64,000 nt of DNA from an uncultured delta proteobacterium. Lineage in GTDB: Bacteria; Myxococcota_A; Polyangia; Polyangiales; Polyangiaceae. Numbering within the stretch: the stretch's first letter is position 1; each line of letters starts with the position of its first letter. Shown piece by piece: positions 8,668 to 18,160 of the stretch. The DNA lies in contig CAVQUB010000015.1 in assembly GCA_963716725.1 (NCBI GenBank), forward strand, positions 512,001-576,000, written 5' to 3'. Both the position numbers and the translations under genes were made by a program. Under the pieces are notes generated by a model. It ran no database searches and was not told the DNA's origin. It saw nothing but the letters and a program-made list of their open reading frames with translations.

Positions 8668-8711
8668 TGGCGTTCCTGATAGCGCAGGTCCGACGAGCGG
8701 GCGAGCCGGGA

Positions 8712-10529
8712 TCACTCCCGGACGAACACGGCCGTCCCCTGCCCCATGTCGGCTCCGACGTTGATGCCGTGCCAACCGTCGGGCAGTGGCGGATCTGTCC
8801 AACGAAAGACCAAGCGGGCGTCGATGGGAGCCAGGTTCACGCAGCCGTGGCTTCGGGGCAGACCGAACACGTCGTGCCAGTAGGCCCCGTGCAGCGCGTA
8901 GCCGGCGGCGAAATACTGGATCCAGGGCACGTCGCGCAGCTCGAAGTTCTGCGAGCCCCGGCGCACCGTGATCCCGTACTCGGGATCGCGCCCCTTGCTC
9001 AGGTTGAGCAGCCGTCGCTGGTCGTCCGTGCCGAGCTTCTTTCCGTCCTCCTCGGCCTTTTTCAGGCGAGCGATGGTCGCGGCCGTGTCGCCGCTGACGG
9101 CGACCGCGCGGGAGCGGCTGCCCCCGGCCACGGTGGAGTTCTCTTGGGAGTCCATGGCGGCCGCGATGTGTTTGCTCTGCAGGCGGAACTGCCCCTGAAT
9201 CGTGGCCAGCGTGGTCTTCGGATCTCCGACGCGGTCGCGCCCGGTCGAGACCAGCGTCGCGTACCAAGGGCGCTTGCCTTCGTACAAGACCAACGTTTGC
9301 TGCAGCAGCGACACGTCGATCCATTTCTCGCCCTTGTCGGCGGCTTCCGGAAAGGTCGCTGGGGGGGTCACCACCGCGATGTCGTCGGCGCGCAGCCAGC
9401 GGGTCTTGTCCTTGGCGGTCTGATAGAAGCGCTTACCGGCCTTGACCCGCGCGTTGCCCGTGAGCGGTACGATGGCGCGCTTCGGAACCTCGTCACCGGG
9501 CTTGGCTTCGTCTTTTCCCTTGATGAGCTTCCACGTGCTCGCGTCGCTCTTGATCACCCAGGCGAAGGGCATCTCGACGGCCTTGCCGATCTCGACGCCG
9601 TGGAAGGGCGAGCCAGTGTCCGGCTTGACCTTGGTGGTGGGGATCAGCCGCAGATCGACCGTGACCCCGAAATGCCGCTTGAAACCGGCGTCGTCGCTGT
9701 CGAAGGCCCCCACGAACGAGAGGCCGGTCTTGCGCCGGACGCGGTCGGCGAAGACCGCGTAGTCGGGCACGTTGAAGCCGGAGACGTTGGGCACCAGCCG
9801 CTTGCCTGCCTCGAGCCAAAACGGGATGGCATCGCTCGCGGTCTTGCCGCCGAAGAGCTCGTTCAACGAGTGCTCGGTGGCTGGCCGGAACCCCGCCGCG
9901 GGTTTGATCCCGGGCCCGGCGATGCCACGGGCGTCGAGGGCGACGTCGTTGGCACCGAGCACCACGCCCTGAACCTCGGACTTGTGGGATGCATACCAGT
10001 CGAGGTGCTCCGAGAGCTGGAACTCGCTCTTTTCTTGTTCGGCTTTGGTCGGAACGCGCAGGTACTGCGGCGCGGTCGCGCGCACGAACCCGTAGCGGTA
10101 GGGCAAGGGCTTGTCGAGATCGGGCCGAACGCTCGCCGCACGCAGGATAGGCGCGTCCATCTCGGTCGTGGCCTCGTCGCCGCAGACGTGACCCATGGGG
10201 TAGACGCGGTACCACTTGCCCTTGCAGCCCTTGCCGGTCACAGGATCGGCGTCGCGCTTCACGATGCCGCCGAGGCGGAGGTAGCCGAGCTTGCGAGAGT
10301 CGGTGTCGGGCAGCTTGTACACGGTGGCCGCGATCACCGTCGCGCCGAGCTTCGGCGCGGAGTCCGGCGCTTGGGTGTCGAGCTCGCCGTGCGCGACCAC
10401 CAGCGTCGAGACCGGATTGGGGACAGCGCTCGCCGACGCCGGCGGCGCGGGCTCGGATTTGGCCTTGGGCGTGCAGGAGCCAGCGGCGAGGGCCGCGAGC
10501 GACACGAGTGCGAGTCCCCGAACAGTCAC
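8712..10529 (-). CDS. L,D-transpeptidase family (YkuD) lipoprotein
   Basis: Lipobox AGSC; KWIDVSLLQQTL, ATLVSTG, ALHGAYWH...SHGCVNL catalytic motif. Confidence 0.85.
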   Translation of the reverse strand: MTVRGLALVSLAALAAGSCTPKAKSEPAPPASASAVPNPVSTLVVAHGELDTQAPDSAPKLGATVIAATVYKLPDTDSRKLGYLRLGGIVKRDADPVTGKGCKGKWYRVYPMGHVCGDEATTEMDAPILRAASVRPDLDKPLPYRYGFVRATAPQYLRVPTKAEQEKSEFQLSEHLDWYASHKSEVQGVVLGANDVALDARGIAGPGIKPAAGFRPATEHSLNELFGGKTASDAIPFWLEAGKRLVPNVSGFNVPDYAVFADRVRRKTGLSFVGAFDSDDAGFKRHFGVTVDLRLIPTTKVKPDTGSPFHGVEIGKAVEMPFAWVIKSDASTWKLIKGKDEAKPGDEVPKRAIVPLTGNARVKAGKRFYQTAKDKTRWLRADDIAVVTPPATFPEAADKGEKWIDVSLLQQTLVLYEGKRPWYATLVSTGRDRVGDPKTTLATIQGQFRLQSKHIAAAMDSQENSTVAGGSRSRAVAVSGDTAATIARLKKAEEDGKKLGTDDQRRLLNLSKGRDPEYGITVRRGSQNFELRDVPWIQYFAAGYALHGAYWHDVFGLPRSHGCVNLAPIDARLVFRWTDPPLPDGWHGINVGADMGQGTAVFVRE

Positions 10530-10576
10530 GAGAACAGCGTTCTTAGCGAGATTTCCCGCTTCGTCAAACGCGGCGC

Positions 10577-12022
10577 TCAGCCCGCAGGATCGCCGTCGGT
10601 CGAGAGATCGCTGACGGACTCCCCGCCCTTTCCCTTGCCGTCGATCTCGACGTGCTTGGCGCCTTCCGGCAGCTCCGGCAGCTCCTCGAGAGGCGTCCCC
10701 GGGCCCACCCAGAAGACCTCGGGCACCGGCCGGTAGGCGCTGGAGTAGCTGCGCAAGGGTCGGACCTCGCCCCCCGGCAACGTGATCCTTACGCTGCTGA
10801 CCACGTCATAGCCCTTCTTGCCCCCCTGCCGTTTGACGGTCTTGCCGTCCTTGACGAAGGGCTTGGTCCAGACGCGTCGATAAAAGTCGTGGCTGCGGAT
10901 GACCGCGTAGGTGTGCTCGACCTTGCCCTCGGGCTCGCGACCGAGCAGCTCGACGCGCAGCCGCGTCGGCGTCGGCAAGAAAGCGTGGATGATCAGCGGC
11001 GTGTCGTAGGGGTTCTTGAACTTGAGGTCGACCTCGCCGTAGACGACGGTGGCGTCGAGCCCCAGCGGTACGTAGCCGCTCGGTCGGCTGTGGCTCCGCC
11101 GAGCGACGACGTCGAGCGCCCCGAACACGGCCGCTGCATGCACGGTGGACGCGACCTGACACGCGCCGCCGCCGAGCCCCGGCTCGAGCTCGTCGTCCCG
11201 GATCACCGGTGCCATCACGAAGCCGCGCGCGACGCTGCGCTCCCCCACGATTTGATTGAAGCTGACGGTTTGGTTCGGGGCCAGCACGAAGCCGTTGAGA
11301 TAGGTGGCGGCCTTCGAGATGTTCACCGCGCGCCCCTGCCCGGTGCCTCCGAAGCCAGTCTCGAAGGACGAGAGCACCCGGGTCACGTCGACGTTGGCCA
11401 GCGACGCGCTCGTGACCTTGGCCGGCACGGGCCGCGTAGCCAGGGCGAACACCGCCAGATCGACGCGTTCACCCTCCACGAGCATTTGCAGCGTGCCGTC
11501 CGGGTCGAGCTTCTGCCCGGGTTTGTCGTCGATGCGTTGGTGCGCGACCAGATCGAGGCGAGCGTCCACGGGCTCTCTCTCGACCTGCCCCGCGACGCGA
11601 TCCATCGCCACCCGGGCGCGCTCGAGATCGACGCTCCAGACCAGGGGCATGTCCACCTCGCCGCGTCGGGACTTCAGCGCGCGGTAAGCCCGTTCGCTCG
11701 GTGTGCCGCTGTCCCTGTGATCGCGCACGGCCTTCATCGTCGCGGCCACATCGAGCTCGACGCCGAGCTCTCCGAAAGAGACCGGGAGCGTGCCGCCGGA
11801 GTCCGGCAACAGGAAGTACGCCTCCCGGTCCAGCAGGCGCACTCGACGCACCTCGAGCCAGTCGCCCAGAGACACGTCAGCGGGCTGGAGCTCTCCGCCC
11901 ACGGTGGCCCCGGGCATGGCGCGGCCCGAGGACTGCCAGTCGAAATAGACCCAGGTGACGCCGCCGGTGAGCGCAGCCGCGCTCAGGGCGAGCAACGAGG
12001 CGAGAACGAGATCGCGGCGCAC
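10577..12022 (-). CDS. VanW family protein
   Basis: N-terminal TM anchor; [44 protein letters not shown]. Confidence 0.85.
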   Translation of the reverse strand: MRRDLVLASLLALSAAALTGGVTWVYFDWQSSGRAMPGATVGGELQPADVSLGDWLEVRRVRLLDREAYFLLPDSGGTLPVSFGELGVELDVAATMKAVRDHRDSGTPSERAYRALKSRRGEVDMPLVWSVDLERARVAMDRVAGQVEREPVDARLDLVAHQRIDDKPGQKLDPDGTLQMLVEGERVDLAVFALATRPVPAKVTSASLANVDVTRVLSSFETGFGGTGQGRAVNISKAATYLNGFVLAPNQTVSFNQIVGERSVARGFVMAPVIRDDELEPGLGGGACQVASTVHAAAVFGALDVVARRSHSRPSGYVPLGLDATVVYGEVDLKFKNPYDTPLIIHAFLPTPTRLRVELLGREPEGKVEHTYAVIRSHDFYRRVWTKPFVKDGKTVKRQGGKKGYDVVSSVRITLPGGEVRPLRSYSSAYRPVPEVFWVGPGTPLEELPELPEGAKHVEIDGKGKGGESVSDLSTDGDPAG

Positions 12023-12139
12023 GGGCAAATGGTAGCGGGCCTTCGCGGCTGCCGGCAAAGTGCCGGGCACCGGATGGGGCCAACACGGCGAATACGCTCG
12101 GGTGCGGGGGTTCTCTTCCCGAGCTATATCCGGGGGGCC

Positions 12140-12340
12140 ATGCAGCTGACCGTGAACGGAGAGAGCCACGAGGTGCCCGAGGGGTTGAGCGTCCGGGGGT
12201 TGGTCGAACACCTGGGCCTCACCGACGGCCCCGTCGCGGTGGAGAGGAACCGGCAGGTCGTGCCGCGCGCCACGCACGCAGCCGTACTGCTCTCCCCCGG
12301 CGACGTGGTCGAAATCGTGCACTTCGTCGGCGGGGGCTGA
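12140..12340 (+). CDS. thiS: Sulfur carrier protein ThiS
   Basis: 66 aa; MQLTVNGE...[12 protein letters not shown]...[13 protein letters not shown]. Confidence 0.9.
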   Translation: MQLTVNGESHEVPEGLSVRGLVEHLGLTDGPVAVERNRQVVPRATHAAVLLSPGDVVEIVHFVGGG

Positions 12341-12354
12341 CGACGCACGAATCG

Positions 12355-12873
12355 CTACTGCTGTCGCTTGTGCTCGCGGGCGAGCTCCAGGTAGCTGACG
12401 GCGCCGTTGATGCCCAAGAGCGCCTCGTCGGGCGTGACCTCGCGGATCACCTTGGCGGGGGCGCCGCGCACCAGGCTGCGCGGCGGGATCTTCATGCGCG
12501 GCGGCACCACGCTGCCGGCCGCGATCAGGCAGTCGGCGCCGATCTCGACGTTGTCCAAGATGATGCTGCCCATGCCCAGCAGCACGCGATCGCCGATCTT
12601 GGCGCCGTGGATCACCACGTTGTGCCCGATCGTGACGTCTTGCCCGATGTCGGTGTGGCTGATCCCGGTGGTCATGTGGATCGTGGTCAGATCTTGCACG
12701 TTGGTCCGGGCCCCAATCCGGATCTGACCGCAGTCGCCCCGCAGCACAGCGCCGTACCAGACGTTGACCTCGTCTTCGAGCTGGACGTCGCCGATCACCA
12801 CCGCGGTATCGGCCAGAAAGCAGCTGTCCGCGATGCGCGGCACGTGGGTCTTGAATGCGCGAACCAGAGCCAT
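12355..12873 (-). CDS. Gamma-carbonic anhydrase family (hexapeptide repeat) protein
   Basis: VIGDV, LRGD, TNVQD, TIGHNVVIHGAKIG; coupled to miaB. Confidence 0.88.
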   Translation of the reverse strand: MALVRAFKTHVPRIADSCFLADTAVVIGDVQLEDEVNVWYGAVLRGDCGQIRIGARTNVQDLTTIHMTTGISHTDIGQDVTIGHNVVIHGAKIGDRVLLGMGSIILDNVEIGADCLIAAGSVVPPRMKIPPRSLVRGAPAKVIREVTPDEALLGINGAVSYLELAREHKRQQ

Positions 12874-14324
12874 CAGATCACCATGGGAAGCAGGCGTTTT
12901 TCCGGACTCGACGTCTCGGCGCTCAGGGCCTTGGCACGTCGCGGGTCGAACAACTCGCCTTCGAGGGAGTTCTTGAAGGCGCGCACGATGCGCAGCGAGA
13001 CGAGCTCTCCCGTCGGATCGTCCTGGCAGCCGAAGTGCACGATCTCGCTGCCCTCGGTCCGACCGGTGTAGCCGGTCCGGCCGCGGCCCACCGCGATCAC
13101 CTGCTGGGTCGAACCGACCAACGACTCCAGATGGCGGCAGCGGATCGCGTCGCCCAGTTCGAAGAGCTCCGCGAGCCGAGAGCTCTTCTCGTCCTCCGGC
13201 ACGTCGTCTTCGAGCTGTCGGGCGGGCGTGAAGGGACGCTCGGAGTACTTGAAGCCGAACAGGCCGACGAAGGAGAGCTCCCGCACGATCGCCAGCGTGT
13301 CCTCGAAGTCCTGGCTGGTCTCGCCAGGGAACCCCACGATCACGTCCGTCGTCAGCGTCACGCCGGGCACTGCCGCCGCGAGGGCTGCGACGCGTTCTCG
13401 GTACTCCGCCACCGAGTAGCGCCGAATCATGCGTCGGAGCACGCGGTCGCTGCCGCTCTGCACGGGCATGTGCACATGGCGCGCCATGAACGGAAGCTCC
13501 TGATGAGCCCGGATCAGGCTCATGGTCAGGTGGCGCGGGTGGGGGCTCGCGTAGCGCAGGCGCCGCAGTGACGGCACTTCTCGGGCGATGCGGCGCAGAA
13601 GCGAGGCGAACTCGCTCTCGTCTTCTCTCGCGGTGGTCGGGTGAGTGTGGGTCCACGGCGCCTCGCCGGCGCCCGGCGCCGGCCCCAAGCCGCGGGAGGG
13701 ATCCCGGTAGCTGTTCACGGTCTGCCCGAGCAGCATCACCTCGAGCGCTCCCGCTGCGACCAGGCGCGCGATCTCGTCGACGATCTCGTCGCTCGGTCGG
13801 TAGCGCTCGGGCCCGCGCGTGTGAGGCACGATGCAGAACGAGCAGCGCTCGTTGCAGCCCTTCATGACCGTGACCTGAGCCGTCGCCCCGGTGGTCCCGC
13901 GCTCGGCCCGCGCTCGCAAGAACTGAGGCCGCTCCAGATCGTGCACCGTGAGCACACGCGGGGGACCGCCGGCGTCGATCTCCGCCAACAGGGCCGGCAG
14001 CTCCGGGATGTTGTCGGGCCCGAACACCAGATCCAGCTCGGGCACCCGTCGGAGCAGCTTCTCGCCCTCCTGCTGCGCGACGCAGCCGGCCACGCCGAGC
14101 ACGACCCCGGGGCGAGCGCGCTTGTGTTGGAGCAGCCGCCCGACCTCGCTGCGCAGCTTCTGCTCGGCCTTCTCGCGCACACTGCAGGTGTTGACCAGGA
14201 TCACGTCGGCGACCTCGGGGCTCTCGGTCTCCCGGAGGCCGGCTTCGACCAGCACCTCGGCCATCCGAGCCGAGTCGTGCTCGTTCATTTGGCAGCCAAA
14301 GGTGACGAGGGCAAAGGTCCGCAC
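12873..14324 (-). CDS. miaB: tRNA-i6A37 methylthiotransferase MiaB
   Basis: TFGCQMNEHDS, NTCSVREKAE, radical-SAM CNERCSFC, HMPVQSGS, DVIVGFPGET, TRAM domain. Confidence 0.93.
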   Translation of the reverse strand: MRTFALVTFGCQMNEHDSARMAEVLVEAGLRETESPEVADVILVNTCSVREKAEQKLRSEVGRLLQHKRARPGVVLGVAGCVAQQEGEKLLRRVPELDLVFGPDNIPELPALLAEIDAGGPPRVLTVHDLERPQFLRARAERGTTGATAQVTVMKGCNERCSFCIVPHTRGPERYRPSDEIVDEIARLVAAGALEVMLLGQTVNSYRDPSRGLGPAPGAGEAPWTHTHPTTAREDESEFASLLRRIAREVPSLRRLRYASPHPRHLTMSLIRAHQELPFMARHVHMPVQSGSDRVLRRMIRRYSVAEYRERVAALAAAVPGVTLTTDVIVGFPGETSQDFEDTLAIVRELSFVGLFGFKYSERPFTPARQLEDDVPEDEKSSRLAELFELGDAIRCRHLESLVGSTQQVIAVGRGRTGYTGRTEGSEIVHFGCQDDPTGELVSLRIVRAFKNSLEGELFDPRRAKALSAETSSPEKRLLPMVI

Positions 14325-14430
14325 GGCGGGCGGAACCTAGCACCGCGCCTGACGTTTGGCCTGATTCCCCTCAGATATCGCGGAAAGTCGCGCTTGTCGG
14401 CTTATGTAAGAGCATGTAGGCTTCTGTCGC

Positions 14431-17154
14431 ATGAGACACCGCTGGTGGCAGGGCTTTGCGGCACTGGTTCTCTCGGTCTCGACCCTGCAGCTCCCGGGCT
14501 GCGGCAGCGAGAGCGCACCGGCGGACAGCGACGCCTGCAACGCGCCGTCGGCCCGCGCGAGCTGCGTTCCCGCTTACCCCAAGGGCAAGTCCGACGCGCC
14601 GGATCCCTGCGCGATCAACGGCTGGTACGACGACGAAAGCGGCTTCTGCGACGACCCCTATGGCTACTGCGCGGCGCCGGATCCCGACTGCGGTCCCGAT
14701 CCCGAAGCCTGCGGCGACACGCCGGAGTCCGAGGGCAAGATCTGGAAAGGCAGCGCGAAGCAGGGCTGCATCGGTCCGGGCGGCGGCGCCGGCGACGACA
14801 TCGAGCTGCTCTTGACCGAGCCCTACTGCGACGTCTGCACCGATCAGGACAAGGCCGTCCTCAAGCCACGTTCGCCGATGGTGAAGAAGGTCGTCGATCT
14901 GATCGACGGCGCGCAGGTCTCGGTGGACGTCTCGCAGTTCACCTTCAGCGTGACCGAGATCGTCGACGCGCTGCTCCGGGCCCACGGTCGCGGCGTGAAG
15001 GTCCGGCTCGCCATCGACTCGGCTCAGAACAACCCCGACTCCAAGGCGACCGCCCTGGCGAAGCAGGGCGTCGACGTGCGCTTCGTCGCGGGCAAGCCCA
15101 GCGGCCCCGAGGGCAAAGGCCTCTTGCACGCCAAGTTCGTACTTGTCGATGGCAAGACGCTGCTCTCCGGCAGCAACAACTACTCGTCGACCGGCACCAC
15201 CATCAACGAGGAGAACGCCATCCTGGTCCGCGGCGCCGCCGACCACCCGCTGATCCAAGGCTTTTCCTGCCACTTTGCCGCGATCTGGGCCAGCGATCAC
15301 GCCGCCTCCGGAGCTTGTTCGAACCCCAGCGTGGCGTTCACGCCGTCGACCGCGCCGATCAAGCTCCTGAAGGATCGCATCAAGGCCTCCAAGAAGAGCG
15401 TCGACGTGATCATGCACCACCTGACCTTCACCGATTTGGTGAAGGAGCTTCGCAACGCCGCGAAGCGCGGGGTGCAAGTGCGAGTGCTGGTCAACGCGAC
15501 CGACCGGGCCGAGCACACGGGAGCCGCCTGGAACGAGCTTGCCGCTGCCGGCGGACGCATCCGCTACAAGCAAGTCAACCCGGCGACCTACCAGCTCCTG
15601 CACCACAAGCTGGTGATCATCGACGGCCGACTCATGGTCGACGGCTCGGGCAACTGGTCGGGCAGCGCGTTCTTCAACAACTTCGAGAGCTACATGGTGA
15701 TCGACCACCCCAGGGTGATGGAGCGCATGCGCGAGCTCTATCATCGGCTCTGGACCTGGTCGCTCTCGGGAGCCTCATTGGATCAAGGTCGCGACGCGGC
15801 CCAGCAGCACGTCGACGAGACGCATGCCTACTTCGGCAACCTGCACGCTCACTTTCACGCCCAAGACAACGGCGTGGCCCTCGACGACGGCAAGGCCGAG
15901 AAGAAGGACGCGAGCGGCCAGATCGTGCCGGTCAGCGTCCCGAGCGAGGTCGGCGCGGCGGCCCGCGACGCCTTCGAATACTCCCGAGACGCGGGCCAGC
16001 TCGATTTCCAGACCCTCTCGCCGCACTGCCACGACGACGGCGCCGGCAGCGACGGCGCGAACATGACCGAGGCGGGATTTGCCAGCCTGGTCCAGGCCGC
16101 CGAGGCCAGCACCAGCCCCAAGTTCGTGGCGATGGCGGGCATGGAATGGAGCACCAACAGCCTGGGCAACCACGTCGGCGTGGTCGGCTCCCGAACCATC
16201 GCCAAGACCGAGCGTGGCCGCTTCGACTTGTTTTACGGCGGCTACCTGCCCGAGCGCGAGGCCGCCGGCGACCGGCCCATGGTGATGCTCAACCACCCCA
16301 AGACCTTCCGCACCAGCGAAGACAGCCTCGAGGGCAGCTGGGACATGGTCTTTGGCGTTGCCCTCACCAACATCGCGAAGCAGAGCGAGCGCGGGCACAA
16401 GTTCAACGACTACGGCATCGACGATTTCGCGCCCCTCAAGGACCTGCGTCCGTCGTGGATCGCGGGCACGTCCCTGCCCGACCCCGTCATCGTGGACAAG
16501 ACGCTGGCGACGGTCTGGGCGAGCGCGGCTCCCTACGTGCGAACCATGGAAGTGACCCTCGGGCGCGGCACCGATCTCGCGGGCGAGGTCCCGACCAACC
16601 CGAGCCTGGTCGAAGATCTGCAGAACCCCGGCACGCTCGTGCGCCGCACGCGGATCTCGGACTTCGACTTCTTCCTGACCCGTGGCTTTCGCATCGCGCC
16701 CACCGCTTCCCACGACAACCACTACGCCAACTGGGGACTCGGCCACAGCAGCCGGACCGTGGTCATGGCCGAGAGCTTGAGCGAGGCCGCGCTCGTCGGC
16801 GCCATCGAACAGCGCGAGGTCTTCGCCAGCGAAGATCAGAACCTGTCGGTGCGCTTCTACGCGGCGGGTCGCGTGCCCATGGGCGGCCGGACGCAGACGC
16901 CCAGCGCCAGCGTCGCCGCCCGCGTGTGGCTCGCCGATCCGGACTATTCCGGCCCCTTCCAGCTCCGGGTCTTCCACGGCACCTTGGGCGGCAAGGTCGA
17001 GCTGGCGAGCGAGCAAACCAATCTCTCCGCAGGCTGGCAGCACCTCGATCTGGCCGTCGCTGCGCCCGGCGAGCACTTCTTCTACGTCGAGGTGCTCGAG
17101 GTCGACGCCAACCGCGCAGCGTGGACGGCGCCGATCTGGATCGAGCGGATCTGA
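14431..17154 (+). CDS. Lipoprotein: Cys-rich region, two phospholipase D (HKD) domains, PHP-like metallohydrolase domain
   Basis: LPGC lipobox; LHAKFVLVD...GSNN and LHHKLVIID...GSGN; then YFGNLHAH, GMEWS, NHP, ASHDNH. Confidence 0.8.
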   Translation: MRHRWWQGFAALVLSVSTLQLPGCGSESAPADSDACNAPSARASCVPAYPKGKSDAPDPCAINGWYDDESGFCDDPYGYCAAPDPDCGPDPEACGDTPESEGKIWKGSAKQGCIGPGGGAGDDIELLLTEPYCDVCTDQDKAVLKPRSPMVKKVVDLIDGAQVSVDVSQFTFSVTEIVDALLRAHGRGVKVRLAIDSAQNNPDSKATALAKQGVDVRFVAGKPSGPEGKGLLHAKFVLVDGKTLLSGSNNYSSTGTTINEENAILVRGAADHPLIQGFSCHFAAIWASDHAASGACSNPSVAFTPSTAPIKLLKDRIKASKKSVDVIMHHLTFTDLVKELRNAAKRGVQVRVLVNATDRAEHTGAAWNELAAAGGRIRYKQVNPATYQLLHHKLVIIDGRLMVDGSGNWSGSAFFNNFESYMVIDHPRVMERMRELYHRLWTWSLSGASLDQGRDAAQQHVDETHAYFGNLHAHFHAQDNGVALDDGKAEKKDASGQIVPVSVPSEVGAAARDAFEYSRDAGQLDFQTLSPHCHDDGAGSDGANMTEAGFASLVQAAEASTSPKFVAMAGMEWSTNSLGNHVGVVGSRTIAKTERGRFDLFYGGYLPEREAAGDRPMVMLNHPKTFRTSEDSLEGSWDMVFGVALTNIAKQSERGHKFNDYGIDDFAPLKDLRPSWIAGTSLPDPVIVDKTLATVWASAAPYVRTMEVTLGRGTDLAGEVPTNPSLVEDLQNPGTLVRRTRISDFDFFLTRGFRIAPTASHDNHYANWGLGHSSRTVVMAESLSEAALVGAIEQREVFASEDQNLSVRFYAAGRVPMGGRTQTPSASVAARVWLADPDYSGPFQLRVFHGTLGGKVELASEQTNLSAGWQHLDLAVAAPGEHFFYVEVLEVDANRAAWTAPIWIERI

Positions 17155-17413
17155 CGCGACCACGCCGAGGCAGAGACGCGGAGAACGCGGAGAGCGCGGG
17201 GATTTTTTGGGTCTCAAGATCTGTCGAACAAAGGGTGATGGATGGATGGCAGCGACTGCGGCGGCGGCCATTCGTACGGGTCGCTGCGCGTCGCCGACGT
17301 GATCCATCGGCCGGCGGGGCACGGCCCGTGCGGGAGACCGGCTCAGGTCGTCGTGGTGGTTGGGAGTGTCGAGGCGGCTGGCGTGTGGAAGGTCGGCTGC
17401 CGTCGACGCTGCG

Positions 17414-18000
17414 TCAGCCGAGCAGCTTTGGGGCGTGCCGCAGGAGGTTGGAAGAGATGGCGTTGAGCAAGATCACGCAAGTGATCTTGGCCGCGCCGCG
17501 GACGAGCACCTGGGTGATGCCGTGATGGGTCTTCTGGTGATCCGCGTGCCGTCCTGCGCCACCAGATCGAGCGACAGGAGCCCCTTGTGCCTCAGCGACG
17601 CGAGGATGTCGGTCATCAACTGGTCGAGCGCCTCGCCGTGGTCGACGCGAAACGACGACAGCGTGTGATGGCTCACCTTCAGGTCCCCGATGATCCAGCG
17701 ATACGCATCGTCGCTGCCGGTCAGGCGCTCGATCTCAGGCGCGCCGCCGACGGCCTGCGAAATGGCGTACAGCCAGAGCACCAGCTTCATTCGCGGTGAC
17801 AGCGTCTTGCGCCCGACTGTGCCCTCCACCGCCTTCACACCGTCGAGAAACGCGCCGAGGTCCAGCGTGCCCACCACGTTCCAAAGCACGCGCGCCGGGT
17901 GCGTCGGCGCAAGCGCCTCCTCCGGCAGCTCGAATCGGACCACGCACTGGCTCCGCTGCGGCTCTTTGACTCGTGGCTTGCCACCGCGCTCGTCGTTCAT
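17414..18000 (-). pseudogene. IS1182-family-like transposase with internal deletion
   Basis: N-terminus (HPAR, PRMKLVLWLYA, YRWI, HHTLSSFR, QDGTRI) is joined out of frame near 17535 to a C-terminal tail QKTHHGITQVLVRGAAKITCVILLNAISSNLLRHAPKLLG* ending at 17414. Confidence 0.78.
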
Positions 18001-18160
18001 GCCTACGGCACAGGAGCCAGCCGATTTCTATTTCCGGAGACTTTCATTCTTGGGTCTCCTCACATCTTCGTGGATGCGGGGAGTAGCCACCGTCGGGGAG
18101 GCCGCGCCGGCGAGTCGGGTCTTCGCCTGCACCAGGGGCTCCGGGGACGCCGGCGCTCCC

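Noticed and set aside
10577..12022. VanW as evidence of vancomycin resistance
   Set aside because: No vanHAX or vanRS genes; VanW domains are widespread cell-wall proteins.
12355..14343. 662-aa ORF as a long gamma-CA fusion
   Set aside because: Only the last 172 codons (from ATG 12873) are protein-like; the rest is an alternative frame of miaB.
13641..17525. 1294-aa plus-strand ORF
   Set aside because: Arg/Gly-rich shadow frame overlapping miaB and the PLD-PHP gene; expected in GC-rich DNA.
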